A program made the translations under genes and the position numbers. Of a stretch of 64,000 nt of DNA, positions 18,010 through 26,130 are shown one piece after another. The notes beneath the pieces were generated by a model, which was not told the origin of the DNA, searched no databases, and saw only the letters and a program-made list of their open reading frames with translations. Within the stretch, counting starts at the first letter, position 1. Each line of letters begins with the position of its first letter. The stretch lies in the NCBI GenBank assembly GCA_015487165.1, contig WFQE01000227.1, positions 17,966 to 81,965 of the forward strand. Reading direction: 5' to 3'. This DNA comes from Paracoccaceae bacterium. Lineage in GTDB: Bacteria; Pseudomonadota; Alphaproteobacteria; Rhodobacterales; Rhodobacteraceae.

Positions 18010-18342
18010 ATGAAGAAGGTCGTCAACAATCGGGTCGTCATGGTCGGCCCGGACTTCGACGCGGCGGCCAAGTCGCTCGGAGAAGCGGTCAAGGGCGTGG
18101 AGGTTGATTTCGATGTCCGACCTGCGGACATGGATCTCACGGAAGCGCGCTTCGTGACCGACGACATCCTGGTGGACGCCATTGACCACCTGTTCTGGGA
18201 TGTCATGGCGAACCGATGGGCCGTCTCGGTCTGTTGGGACGCCAAATGCGAGGGCACGCCCAAGACGGTCACATACCGCTTGGACATGCTGGAGTGGCAC
18301 AAGGCCAACCAGCGGTTGGAAGTGCAGCGATGCGCTATCTGA
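18010..18342 (+). CDS. hypothetical protein
   Basis: ATG 18010 lies 6 nt after GAAGGAGG (ATG 18004 abuts the SD). Confidence 0.55.
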   Translation: MKKVVNNRVVMVGPDFDAAAKSLGEAVKGVEVDFDVRPADMDLTEARFVTDDILVDAIDHLFWDVMANRWAVSVCWDAKCEGTPKTVTYRLDMLEWHKANQRLEVQRCAI

Positions 18343-18863
18343 CGGTGTTCTTCGCGCAAGGAGACGACGCGGACGCCTGGCTGTCCATGCTGGATGAGCG
18401 AGGCCCCGGTGTCGTCATGGACGCGCTCTGCGTCGAGCTTGGCCCATTCACGCCAAGCATCGAGGAGCGCGAGGCGGAGTATCTCGCCCGGGTGGAGGCG
18501 CAATCCGTTCCGGATGCGCCTTGGGGCGAGGAAGACCGGACCTACGAGGAGCCAGGGAGGGATCGGATCCTTTCGTGGAACAGCCGAGTGGGCTACGTCG
18601 GTCTTCACCTCCGCCTTTCGGAAATCGAGGGTATATTCGATAACGGTGGCAAGACGACCGACCGCTACCGGGTATCCCTCGATGACGGAGGCGGATACTA
18701 CGTCTCCGATGACGTATCGCCCCGTGGCGTGTTCATGTACGAGGACGACGCTCACGGACCGATACGGCCGGCGGAGGACGAGCAGGAGATCGGCTGGAAG
18801 GATCTGCCATGGCAGGTTCGGCGCCGGCTCCTGATGGACTACGCGATTCCGCCTGAAGAATGA
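18330..18863 (+). CDS. hypothetical acidic protein
   Basis: Internal ATG 18330 of track ORF 18216..18863, overlapping the previous gene by 13 nt. Confidence 0.55.
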   Translation: MRYLTVFFAQGDDADAWLSMLDERGPGVVMDALCVELGPFTPSIEEREAEYLARVEAQSVPDAPWGEEDRTYEEPGRDRILSWNSRVGYVGLHLRLSEIEGIFDNGGKTTDRYRVSLDDGGGYYVSDDVSPRGVFMYEDDAHGPIRPAEDEQEIGWKDLPWQVRRRLLMDYAIPPEE

Positions 18864-18908
18864 CGAGGAACCCCGCCCTGGCGCGGGGTTATCTATGCAA
18901 ACCGGCGC

Positions 18909-18975
18909 GGGCCGGAGGGATTGGTTTCCGATGGCCCGTGGCGGCCTTCGGTTTTCCCTCCGGCCCGTTTCCGTT
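18909..18975 (+). terminator. long imperfect hairpin plus T-run (terminator/attenuator) just upstream of the next SD
   Basis: 12-bp stem GGGCCGGAGGGA/TCCCTCCGGCCC (18909-18920/18955-18966) with an inner CCGATGGCC/GGCCTTCGG pairing, then GTTTCCGTTTTT. A second hairpin lies at 18869-18890. Confidence 0.45.
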
Positions 18976-18990
18976 TTTCGGAGGAAAAAC

Positions 18991-20397
18991 ATGAAATACA
19001 CGATTACGTTCGGCGGCATCTACGCCGAGGGTCGTTGGCACTTCGGCGACTTTCACCAGGTACTGCGTGATGCGATTCGTCGTTTCACGGCGCTGTCCTG
19101 GGACGACGTGAAGGAGGAAGTCTTCCGTGCGCGTCTGTGGTGGAACGTCGAGGGCGACAAGCCCATGGTGTCCTATGGCGTGATTCTGGGAGACGGCTCC
19201 GAGAAGCGCGTCAGGGGGCGTACCGGCAGGGTGTTGTCGCGCCATCTGCCGAATCTCTCGGACGAGGAGCTCCAGAAGATCGCCGAGGCGGTCAATGAGG
19301 CCAATCCGATATTCAAGGGTTGGGAAGAACCCGAGGTGCTGCCCTTCGCGAGGGGCGCGTTGAGCACCGAGGACGCCTTGGGCTCGTGCATGTATGTGCG
19401 GCCGGATTTCTGGCGGAATCTGGAGGACGAGGCGCTGCATCCAGCGCCCGATGCGCTTCCGGAGGATCCGGATGACTGGCCGGACGGCACGGGTCCTGCG
19501 GCCCTGGTATGGCGCAGGGTGCCGGCCACGATCTCGGAAGGCGCAGGCGAGCTGCGCGCCTTCCTGTGGCCGGTGATTCTGGGTTCCGAGGGTCGGAAGG
19601 CATGGTATCTGGACCGGATGTATCCGGCCTGTCCGGAATCGCGCGAGTTCGCGAAGGAATTCGCGGACAAGCACGGATTCCTGTGCCATGCCAATGACGA
19701 CCACGAGGACTTGTCGTTTGCTCACCCGCTTCGTGGAGTGACTTCGTTCGATGGCGACGGCTGGCCATACCTGGACAGCTTCCGCCATCCGAACAAGGCC
19801 GGCGATGCGCTGGTCACGGCCGATCACGAAGACAGGGACGAGCGATTCGACACCCAGGGCGACTACGAGCACGGCGACTGGTGCGTTGGCCCCATATGCT
19901 GCGCTTGCGGCAACTTGGAGACGGATGACACGCACCATGAGCACTGCTACACGGGAGAGGTGTTCTGCAACTCGTGCTACCACGAACGCTTCGACACCTG
20001 CGAGAAGTGCGGCACCGAATTCCTCACGGAACCCCTGTGTGTCGGGGGTTATGCCTACTGCGACGCGGGATGCGCCGAGGATGATGGCTGGGTGCGTTGC
20101 ATCGAGTGCGGCGAGTGGTCCGATGAGGACCAAACCAGCCACTCGGGGTACGAGGAAGGCCAGGTGTGCCATGAATGCCAGGAGTATCATGGCTACCACA
20201 AGTGCGCGTATTGCGGTGACGTGGAGAAGCGGGACATCAACCACATCCAGGACGAGGACGAATGGGTGTGTAAAGGCTGTCTTCCGAGCGACGCAAAACG
20301 CTGCGAGGAATGCGGAGACGTGTGGTTGCAACATCACGATCTCTGCGAGGCATGCGCGGAGAAGGCAGATGAAGCAACGGAGGAGGTGTCGGCATGA
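18991..20397 (+). CDS. Cys-rich protein with about five tandem zinc-ribbon (CxxC) pairs in the C-terminal third
   Basis: ATG 18991 follows GGAGGA. CCAC, CNSC, CEKC, CIEC, CHEC, CAYC, CKGC, CEEC and CEAC motifs between residues ~330 and 460. Confidence 0.7.
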   Translation: MKYTITFGGIYAEGRWHFGDFHQVLRDAIRRFTALSWDDVKEEVFRARLWWNVEGDKPMVSYGVILGDGSEKRVRGRTGRVLSRHLPNLSDEELQKIAEAVNEANPIFKGWEEPEVLPFARGALSTEDALGSCMYVRPDFWRNLEDEALHPAPDALPEDPDDWPDGTGPAALVWRRVPATISEGAGELRAFLWPVILGSEGRKAWYLDRMYPACPESREFAKEFADKHGFLCHANDDHEDLSFAHPLRGVTSFDGDGWPYLDSFRHPNKAGDALVTADHEDRDERFDTQGDYEHGDWCVGPICCACGNLETDDTHHEHCYTGEVFCNSCYHERFDTCEKCGTEFLTEPLCVGGYAYCDAGCAEDDGWVRCIECGEWSDEDQTSHSGYEEGQVCHECQEYHGYHKCAYCGDVEKRDINHIQDEDEWVCKGCLPSDAKRCEECGDVWLQHHDLCEACAEKADEATEEVSA

Positions 20398-21299
20398 ACC
20401 TGCTTCTGGAGCTTCTTCGGACGCCTTCTCCGGCGTGGAGCGAGTCGGCGACGCGGGCCATCATCCAGCGGGAGGTCGGCGGCGACGTGGATGCCGCCGG
20501 CAATCTCTGGGTGGAGGTTGGCGACAGCCGGACGCTGTTCTTGTCGCACATGGATGCCGTTCACAACGACCGCCCGGTTTCGGCGCTGGTTCGGGAGGAC
20601 GGCATGATTGCGCTGGATCCGTCATGCGGCCAGACGGCGCTGGGCGGCGACGACCGCTGCGGAATCCGGGTGATGGTGGAGATGATCCGAAACCGAATCC
20701 CGGGTTTGTACCTGTTCACGACGGCCGAGGAGATTGGCTGCCAGGGCATGCACAAGGCCGCGTCGAGCGTGCCGGACTGCATTGACCAGGCCATCTCGTT
20801 CGACCGCCGCGGGACGGGTTCCGTCATCACCTCGATGATGGAAGGTCCGTGCTGCTCGGATGCGTTTGCGACCGAGCTGTGCCGCAGGCTGGGAGAGGGC
20901 TTCATGCCCGATCCGACGGGCTCGGTGACGGATTCGGCTGTATTGCACGACCGGCTGGTGAACTACACGAACATTTCGGTCGGGTATGTTCACGAGCATT
21001 CGCCGGACGAGATGGTGGATTCGGCATTCCTGCTGAACACGCTGATTCCGGCGGTGCTGCGGGTGGACTGGGAATCGCTCCCGTCCGATCCGAAGCCGGA
21101 ATGCGATCCCGGCTACTGGGAACCCGCGGGTCTTGGCGTTCCGGTTTCCGGAATGGAAGACGACACGGTGTACCAGATCGGGATGTTCTTCGAGTCGCGG
21201 CCGCATCGCCGGTTCAGCGGCTCGGAGGTGTCGGAGATCGTCGAGATGTTCGCCGAGGGATGGAGCCTGAGCGATGTCTTGGAGATGTATCCGGCGTGA
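20394..21299 (+). CDS. M20/M28-type zinc metallopeptidase-like protein
   Basis: ATGA overlap with the previous gene. LFLSHMDAVH, GGDDRCG, TAEEIGCQG and VHEHS resemble the metal-ligand motifs of the ArgE/DapE/PepT clan. Confidence 0.65.
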   Translation: MNLLLELLRTPSPAWSESATRAIIQREVGGDVDAAGNLWVEVGDSRTLFLSHMDAVHNDRPVSALVREDGMIALDPSCGQTALGGDDRCGIRVMVEMIRNRIPGLYLFTTAEEIGCQGMHKAASSVPDCIDQAISFDRRGTGSVITSMMEGPCCSDAFATELCRRLGEGFMPDPTGSVTDSAVLHDRLVNYTNISVGYVHEHSPDEMVDSAFLLNTLIPAVLRVDWESLPSDPKPECDPGYWEPAGLGVPVSGMEDDTVYQIGMFFESRPHRRFSGSEVSEIVEMFAEGWSLSDVLEMYPA

Positions 21300-21308
21300 T
21301 GATGGAAA

Positions 21309-21342
21309 AGAGGGTTGGCGCAATGCCAGCCCTCTTTTTTTT
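21309..21342 (+). terminator. rho-independent terminator
   Basis: AGAGGGTTGGC/GCCAGCCCTCT stem followed by T8-T9. Confidence 0.8.
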
Positions 21343-21354
21343 GCCGTGGGGTTA

Positions 21355-21363
21355 TGGTATAAT
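21355..21363 (+). promoter_or_regulatory. extended -10 promoter TGgTATAAT
   Basis: TGGTATAAT lies in intergenic DNA about 160 nt upstream of the tnpB ATG. It shares the 11-mer GGTATAATGGA with the promoters at 46673 and 49102. Confidence 0.5.
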
Positions 21364-21522
21364 GGAACATCCGAAACGAGGAGCAGCGGAATGGAGCTTG
21401 ACCAAAACCGCCGCGCAAGCCCCTGCCTTCAGGCATGGGGTCGAGCGGCGGGATGTTTCCCGCGAGGACGCAATGCCGTACAATGAAGCCATGCCCGAAC
21501 CCACCGCACGGAGCATTGCCTG

Positions 21523-23046
21523 ATGCCCAGGCGCAACAAGCCGCCGGCCTTCGTGCTTGAGCTTCCGCTACGCGTGAGCCGCGCGGACGAGCGCGTGCTG
21601 CTTGTCCGTTTCGAGGCCGCGCGCCAGCTCTACAACGCCTGCCTGGGCGAGGCGCTGAGGCGGCTGGACCGGATGCGTGCCTCGGAGGAATGGCAGGCCG
21701 CGCGGCGGATACCCCGGGAGCAAAAGGACGAGCGCCGTCGGGCGTTCCGCGCCGCAACCAACAGATACGGCTTCACGGCCTTCGCCATTGAGGCGTTCGG
21801 CACCACCTGCAAGAACGCCTGCTGGATCGGCGAGCACCTCGACGCCCACACTTCCCAGAAGGTGGCGCGGCGCGCCTTCGAGGCAGTGCGGCAATACGGC
21901 TTTGGCAAGCGCGGACGCCCCCGCTTCAAGGGCCGCTTCAAGGCCGTCACCGCCGTCGAGGGCAAGAGCAACGCCGCCGGCATCCGCTGGCGCGGCGACC
22001 GCGTGGAGTGGAAGGGACTTGTCCTGTCCCCGCTGTTCGACCGGAAGGACCGGCACGGCGTCCAGGCGTTTGCCCTCCAGTGCCCGGTCCAGTACGTCCG
22101 TCTCGTATGGCGCTGGATGCACGGCCGGCGGCGCTGGTATGTCCAACTCGTCCTGCGCGGACGCCCGAAATGGAAGGACAGGAACCCCGTCGGCGACGGC
22201 ATCGTGGGCCTGGACATCGGCCCGTCCACCATCGCCGCTTCCGGCGAGGAGGCGGCGCTGCTGGAGCCGTTCTGCCCGTCCGTCGAGTTCCTGTCCCGGA
22301 AGATACGCCGTATCCAGCGGGCCATGGACCGATCCCGTCGCGCCACCAATCCGGACAACTACAACCCCGACGGGACGATCAGAAAAGGCCCGAAACGCTG
22401 GGTGTACTCCCATGGCTACCTGCGCCTCCGTGCGGAGCTGCGGGAATTGCAGCGCCGGCTCGCCGAGACGCGCAAGACCGAGCACGGCAACCTGGCTAAC
22501 CGCGTCATCGCCATGGGACGAAACATCCGCATGGAGAAGCTGTCCTACCGGTCGTTCCAGAAACAATACGGGCGCAGCGTCCGCGACCGCGCGCCCGCCG
22601 GTTTCGTCAACCGCCTCCGCCGCAAGGCTGAAAGCGCCGGCGGTGAGGTGGTTGAGTTTCCGACCCGCACGACATGCCTGAGCCAGGTGTGCCACGGCTG
22701 CGGGTCGCGGCAGAAGAAGCCGCTTTCCCGGCGCATCCACGCCTGCGGGTGTGGGATCGTCATGCAACGCGACCTCTACAGCGCGTTCCTGGCAAGCTGC
22801 GTCGAGGAGGGCGCCCTCCACGCGGGGCTGGCGCAATCGCGCTGGCCGGGTGCGGAACCGCTCCTCCGGGCGGCGTGGAGGGATGCAACCTGCGATTGGA
22901 AGGGCAGGCGTCCTTCCTCCTTCGGCGGCTACCGGAGTCAGAGCGGGTCGTCCGGACAAGGCGGGACAGCCAACGCTGAGGCTTCCGACCTTGCATGGGC
23001 CGGAAGAGAGGCGGCGGCGGTTCCCGCTAGAACCCCCCGGCTTTAG
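21523..23046 (+). CDS. tnpB: TnpB-family RNA-guided endonuclease (OrfB_IS605 + Zn ribbon)
   Basis: RuvC-like IVGLDIGPS (D231), NIRMEKLS (E338), Zn ribbon CHGCG...HACGCG, and MQRDLYSAFLA (D417). A 90-aa tail follows the last catalytic Asp. Confidence 0.85.
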   Translation: MPRRNKPPAFVLELPLRVSRADERVLLVRFEAARQLYNACLGEALRRLDRMRASEEWQAARRIPREQKDERRRAFRAATNRYGFTAFAIEAFGTTCKNACWIGEHLDAHTSQKVARRAFEAVRQYGFGKRGRPRFKGRFKAVTAVEGKSNAAGIRWRGDRVEWKGLVLSPLFDRKDRHGVQAFALQCPVQYVRLVWRWMHGRRRWYVQLVLRGRPKWKDRNPVGDGIVGLDIGPSTIAASGEEAALLEPFCPSVEFLSRKIRRIQRAMDRSRRATNPDNYNPDGTIRKGPKRWVYSHGYLRLRAELRELQRRLAETRKTEHGNLANRVIAMGRNIRMEKLSYRSFQKQYGRSVRDRAPAGFVNRLRRKAESAGGEVVEFPTRTTCLSQVCHGCGSRQKKPLSRRIHACGCGIVMQRDLYSAFLASCVEEGALHAGLAQSRWPGAEPLLRAAWRDATCDWKGRRPSSFGGYRSQSGSSGQGGTANAEASDLAWAGREAAAVPARTPRL

Positions 23047-23075
23047 CCGTGGGGAGGTTCAGCTGAACAAACTGG
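22880..23075 (+). ncRNA. candidate omega-RNA (reRNA) scaffold overlapping the tnpB 3' end
   Basis: Imperfect hairpins CTTCCGACC...GGCCGGAAG (about 22982-23007) and GAACCCCCCGGC-TTTA-GCCGTGGGGAGGTTC (23031-23060), the latter with the TAG stop in its loop. The call is positional, by analogy with known TnpB loci; its extent is not determined. Confidence 0.3.
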
Positions 23076-23167
23076 AGTTTCGCCGCTTTCCGCACCTGCG
23101 GGAGGCCATGGATGCCGTGATGAATCTGCGGTATGTCGCGCATGGGCGAGTGGGATGCCGTTTCCGT

Positions 23168-23629
23168 TCAGGCGGCCTGTTGTCCTGCGCGCCGGGGATC
23201 GTTGGCCATCTGCACCTTAGCGCGCAGCCAGGCCTCGATGAAGAAGGCGGGAATCTGGCGTCCGCCATCCGGGATCCGGTTCAGGAACTCGTCTGCGAAT
23301 GTCCGCGCGAACTCCATGGCCAGCGTATGCGCGATGCCGATGCGGCAGGGCAGCAGCGCGTCGGCGTGGCAGGGCACGCTTCGGGCGCAGATTCCGTTGA
23401 GGATGTTGATGGCGAGATCCAGCCGGCCCTCGCGGCTGGCGAAGTATCGGTCGAGCCGGGCGCACCGGGAGTAGTGGACGGCGGTGCGGGGCACGTTGCA
23501 TGCGATGAACCCGGATTGCGGGGCGGGAACGATCCGAACAACCGGCGGGCAGGGCTCAAGCTCGACGACGGCGCCGGGCCGGAGCATGGGGTATCGGCGC
23601 GTTCGCGCGGGATGGATCGGATCGGACAT
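23168..23629 (-). CDS. hypothetical protein (153 aa), possibly leaderless
   Basis: ATG 23629 lies 7 nt downstream of a CACAAT -10 with no SD. Convergent with tnpB. Confidence 0.5.
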   Translation of the reverse strand: MSDPIHPARTRRYPMLRPGAVVELEPCPPVVRIVPAPQSGFIACNVPRTAVHYSRCARLDRYFASREGRLDLAINILNGICARSVPCHADALLPCRIGIAHTLAMEFARTFADEFLNRIPDGGRQIPAFFIEAWLRAKVQMANDPRRAGQQAA

Positions 23630-23636
23630 GCCTTGG

Positions 23637-23666
23637 ATTGTGGCACAATGCGAAAGCAGGGTTCAA
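23637..23666 (-). promoter_or_regulatory. TTGAAC-N18-CACAAT promoter whose -10 lies in the palindrome ATTGTGgCACAAT
   Basis: Perfect 6+1+6 palindrome at 23637-23649. -35 TTGAAC (reverse complement) at 23661-23666. Confidence 0.4.
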
Positions 23667-23705
23667 GCGCCATCTCGATTCCGACAACCTGAAGCGAAGT
23701 CGCGC

Positions 23706-23734
23706 TTGGTGGCATGGCGATGATTCGGCACAAT
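23706..23734 (+). promoter_or_regulatory. TTGGTG-N17-CACAAT promoter
   Basis: Divergent partner of the previous promoter. GGCACAATG is shared by both. Confidence 0.4.
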
Positions 23735-23767
23735 GGGCATGAACGAAATGCTTCAAGGAGGATTCGC

Positions 23768-24538
23768 ATGAGCGACCACATGCCTGAAGGTCCGGGCGAG
23801 GAGATCACGCCGGAGGCCATCGGAGCGATCATGGACAAGATGCTGGGCAAGCCGGAGGGCGAGTCATTGGCCAGCATGAACGAGGAGATGGAGGAACTGG
23901 CCTATATTGGGGCGGCCATGTGCCTTGACCGAATCAACCACGGTCGGGATTTTGAGCGAGTGCTCGAACATCTGGCCAGCATGCGTGATTGGAGCGACCG
24001 CGTTGGCTGCGATGCCTTTGATGATCTTGTTGGCATGCTGGCGTCCGGCTTCTCGCGCGAGCGTTCCATTCTGATGATGGCGCGCATTCCGACACTGGGA
24101 ATGATGATGAGCCTGTCATTTCGGGAAAACCCGCTGGTGAACACGGACAGGACGTTTGCCGCCCTGCTGGCCCTCGTTGCCCGGAGGGCGCTGAACGAGG
24201 CGAAGACGTTGCAGGGAGAAATCGAGGTCCGAATGCAAGACATTGAACTGGACTGCCCGTTCTGCGGCGAGAGGCTTCCCAATCTTCGGTTCCTCGATCC
24301 CGTGGCCTGCGCCTGCGGCGCCACCGCAACGCTGGCGACCGAGAACGACCAGGAGACGGCTATCCGAGGAGGATTCGAGCTGCTCGAAAAAATGCTGGAA
24401 CCGGGCATGATGGTGGGAGGGAGGATGATCTCGTTGCAGGGGATAACCGAATCGCCGTTCGAGAACACCGAGCTGGCGGTGTATTGCGCTGGCCCGTCGC
24501 CCGAGGATGTCACCGAGGGAACGACTACGCGCCATTGA
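23768..24538 (+). CDS. zinc-ribbon protein, paralogue A (256 aa)
   Basis: ATG 23768 follows AAGGAGGA. Shares DR.xHGxxFERVL, IPTLG, DCPFCG, CACGAT, SPF..TEL and a terminal TRH with the next gene. Confidence 0.65.
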   Translation: MSDHMPEGPGEEITPEAIGAIMDKMLGKPEGESLASMNEEMEELAYIGAAMCLDRINHGRDFERVLEHLASMRDWSDRVGCDAFDDLVGMLASGFSRERSILMMARIPTLGMMMSLSFRENPLVNTDRTFAALLALVARRALNEAKTLQGEIEVRMQDIELDCPFCGERLPNLRFLDPVACACGATATLATENDQETAIRGGFELLEKMLEPGMMVGGRMISLQGITESPFENTELAVYCAGPSPEDVTEGTTTRH

Positions 24539-24556
24539 GCCGAAGGTGCTGGGAGG

Positions 24557-24585
24557 TTGCATCGGGATATGGCATAAGGTATAAT
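24557..24585 (+). promoter_or_regulatory. TTGCAT-N17-TATAAT promoter
   Basis: Near-consensus hexamers 36 nt upstream of ATG 24621. Contains the 12-mer ATAAGGTATAAT. Confidence 0.65.
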
Positions 24586-24620
24586 GAACCGGCGCGACAC
24601 CTCGCGCCAGGACGAGCCAG

Positions 24621-25394
24621 ATGACCGAGAACCAGCCACTCATTGCAAACAGGGACTTGGCATACGACCTTGACCGCATGCTTGGCCTTGAGCCCGGTAC
24701 CACATGGAACAAGGCGCTGGATGACACGGAGAACCTGATCCGCACGGCGTTCGTGCTGTGCGTGGACCGCCTGCATCACGGGGCGGAATTCGAGCGGGTT
24801 CTGGTCGAGCTTGCTGCTGTCGAGCATCCGGAGGAGCGGCTGGAATGCGAGCCGTTGGAGCGGCTGGAAGCCATGCTGGTCGGAAACAAGGCGCGCTACC
24901 CGTCGCTGGTCATGCTGTCCACGATTCCGACGCTCGGATTGCTGGCCGGCCTCCGCATGGGCGCGAATCCGCTGGCCGAGCCGAGCCCGGTCTTGGCAAC
25001 CCTGTGCGCGGGTGTTGCCGGCCAGGCGATTCGGGAGCTGGAAGCCGTCGCTGCCCGGATTCGCCAGGAGGTGTCAAACCTGCACATGGACTGCCCGTTC
25101 TGCGACGGGCCGATGCCGCCCCTGAGCTTCATGGAAATCGAACGCTGCTCGTGCGGCGCCACGTTCACGCTGGTAGCCATGGAAGACAAGGACGAGGCCA
25201 TCCGCGCCCATATCGAGACACATGCTCCCATGCTGTCACCCGGCCTGTCCCTGAAGACGGCGATCCTCTCGCTGGAAGGGGATGTGCGGTCGCCGTTCAC
25301 GCAAAGCGAGCTGGGCATCGTCGGGACTGTCCCGGCAACGATGCAGGAGACGATGGAGATGACGGCCGAAGTGGCGGGAGGGACGCGCCATTGA
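24621..25394 (+). CDS. zinc-ribbon protein, paralogue B (257 aa)
   Basis: Colinear similarity to 23768..24538 (DRLHHGAEFERVL, IPTLG, DCPFCD, CSCGAT, SPFTQSEL, ...TRH). Confidence 0.65.
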   Translation: MTENQPLIANRDLAYDLDRMLGLEPGTTWNKALDDTENLIRTAFVLCVDRLHHGAEFERVLVELAAVEHPEERLECEPLERLEAMLVGNKARYPSLVMLSTIPTLGLLAGLRMGANPLAEPSPVLATLCAGVAGQAIRELEAVAARIRQEVSNLHMDCPFCDGPMPPLSFMEIERCSCGATFTLVAMEDKDEAIRAHIETHAPMLSPGLSLKTAILSLEGDVRSPFTQSELGIVGTVPATMQETMEMTAEVAGGTRH

Positions 25395-25408
25395 GCAGGA
25401 CGCGTTGC

Positions 25409-25945
25409 ATGTCTTTTTCCGATGAGATGGTCCGGGCCATCCTCGATGGCCGCAAGACCGTGACGCGCCGCCCGGCAGGCGGTGCTTCGCGCAAGTCCGG
25501 CGAGTGCCCGATTGGCGGGCCGGGCGACAGGATCGCCGTGCGGGAGACTTGGGCCTCGACCGCCCAGATCATGCACCCGTCCGACGCATGGGTCGTCTAT
25601 CGGGCCACGGAGCCGGAGTGGGGCGAGAACTACGAGGGCTGGCGCTGGCGTCCGGCCATGCACATGCTCAAGATGTTCAGCCGCATCACGCTGGAGATCA
25701 CGGACGCGCGGCTGGAGCGTTTGCAGTCCATGAGCGACGATGACGCGCTGGCCGAGGGCATCCAGCCGTGCCACGAGGGCTGGGGCTGGCATCTGGAGGA
25801 CGGCCGGTTCTTCGACGCCGGCGGCCCCGTGGACGCCTTCCGGCAGTTGTGGGACTCCATCTACGACGGCCGTCCGGGCCTGTCGTGGCACGACAATCCC
25901 TTGGTGTGGGTGATTGAGTTCAAGGTTGTGGAGGTGAAGAAATGA
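25409..25945 (+). CDS. ASCH domain protein
   Basis: Internal ATG of track ORF 24758..25945. MSFSDEMVRAILDGRKTVTRR and C-terminal NPLVWVIEFKVV are typical of phage/plasmid ASCH proteins (recalled). Confidence 0.65.
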   Translation: MSFSDEMVRAILDGRKTVTRRPAGGASRKSGECPIGGPGDRIAVRETWASTAQIMHPSDAWVVYRATEPEWGENYEGWRWRPAMHMLKMFSRITLEITDARLERLQSMSDDDALAEGIQPCHEGWGWHLEDGRFFDAGGPVDAFRQLWDSIYDGRPGLSWHDNPLVWVIEFKVVEVKK

Positions 25946-26130
25946 AGCAGACCCGTGAAATGGAAGAAGTGTTCGAGCACTACAGGAACCAATGTAATTC
26001 TTCATGGTGTTTTGGATGCTCGCACCATGATATGTGGCGAGAGGACGGCACGCGCAAACCGGACGAATGCAAGGCATCCAAGCCAGAGGAATGCCGCTGG
26101 GTTGAGGAAGAATGCGGAAAGGAAGGGTAA
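25942..26130 (+). CDS. small Cys-rich protein (62 aa)
   Basis: ATGA overlap with the ASCH gene, GGAGGTG SD, CNSSWCFGC...C...C. Confidence 0.5.
   Translation: MKQTREMEEVFEHYRNQCNSSWCFGCSHHDMWREDGTRKPDECKASKPEECRWVEEECGKEG

Larger units (their letters stand above)
21343..23054 (+). mobile_element. possible IS1341-like (tnpB-only, IS200/IS605-superfamily) insertion bounded by GCCGTGGGG direct repeats
   Basis: The 9-nt GCCGTGGGG occurs at 21343-21351 and 23046-23054 and brackets the promoter, leader and tnpB. No tnpA is adjacent. The boundaries are inferred only from this repeat. Confidence 0.35.

Noticed and set aside
21523-23046. TnpB as a nuclease-dead TldR-type repressor
   Set aside because: All three RuvC acidic residues (D231, E338, D417) appear present in their usual motifs, so nothing in the sequence indicates catalytic inactivation. 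A proper alignment is still needed.
23168-23629. 153-aa ORF next to tnpB as a possible TnpA transposase
   Set aside because: It has no HUH (HxH) plus Tyr motif of Y1 transposases and no serine-recombinase or resolvase motifs. It also lies outside the GCCGTGGGG-bounded segment and is convergent with tnpB.
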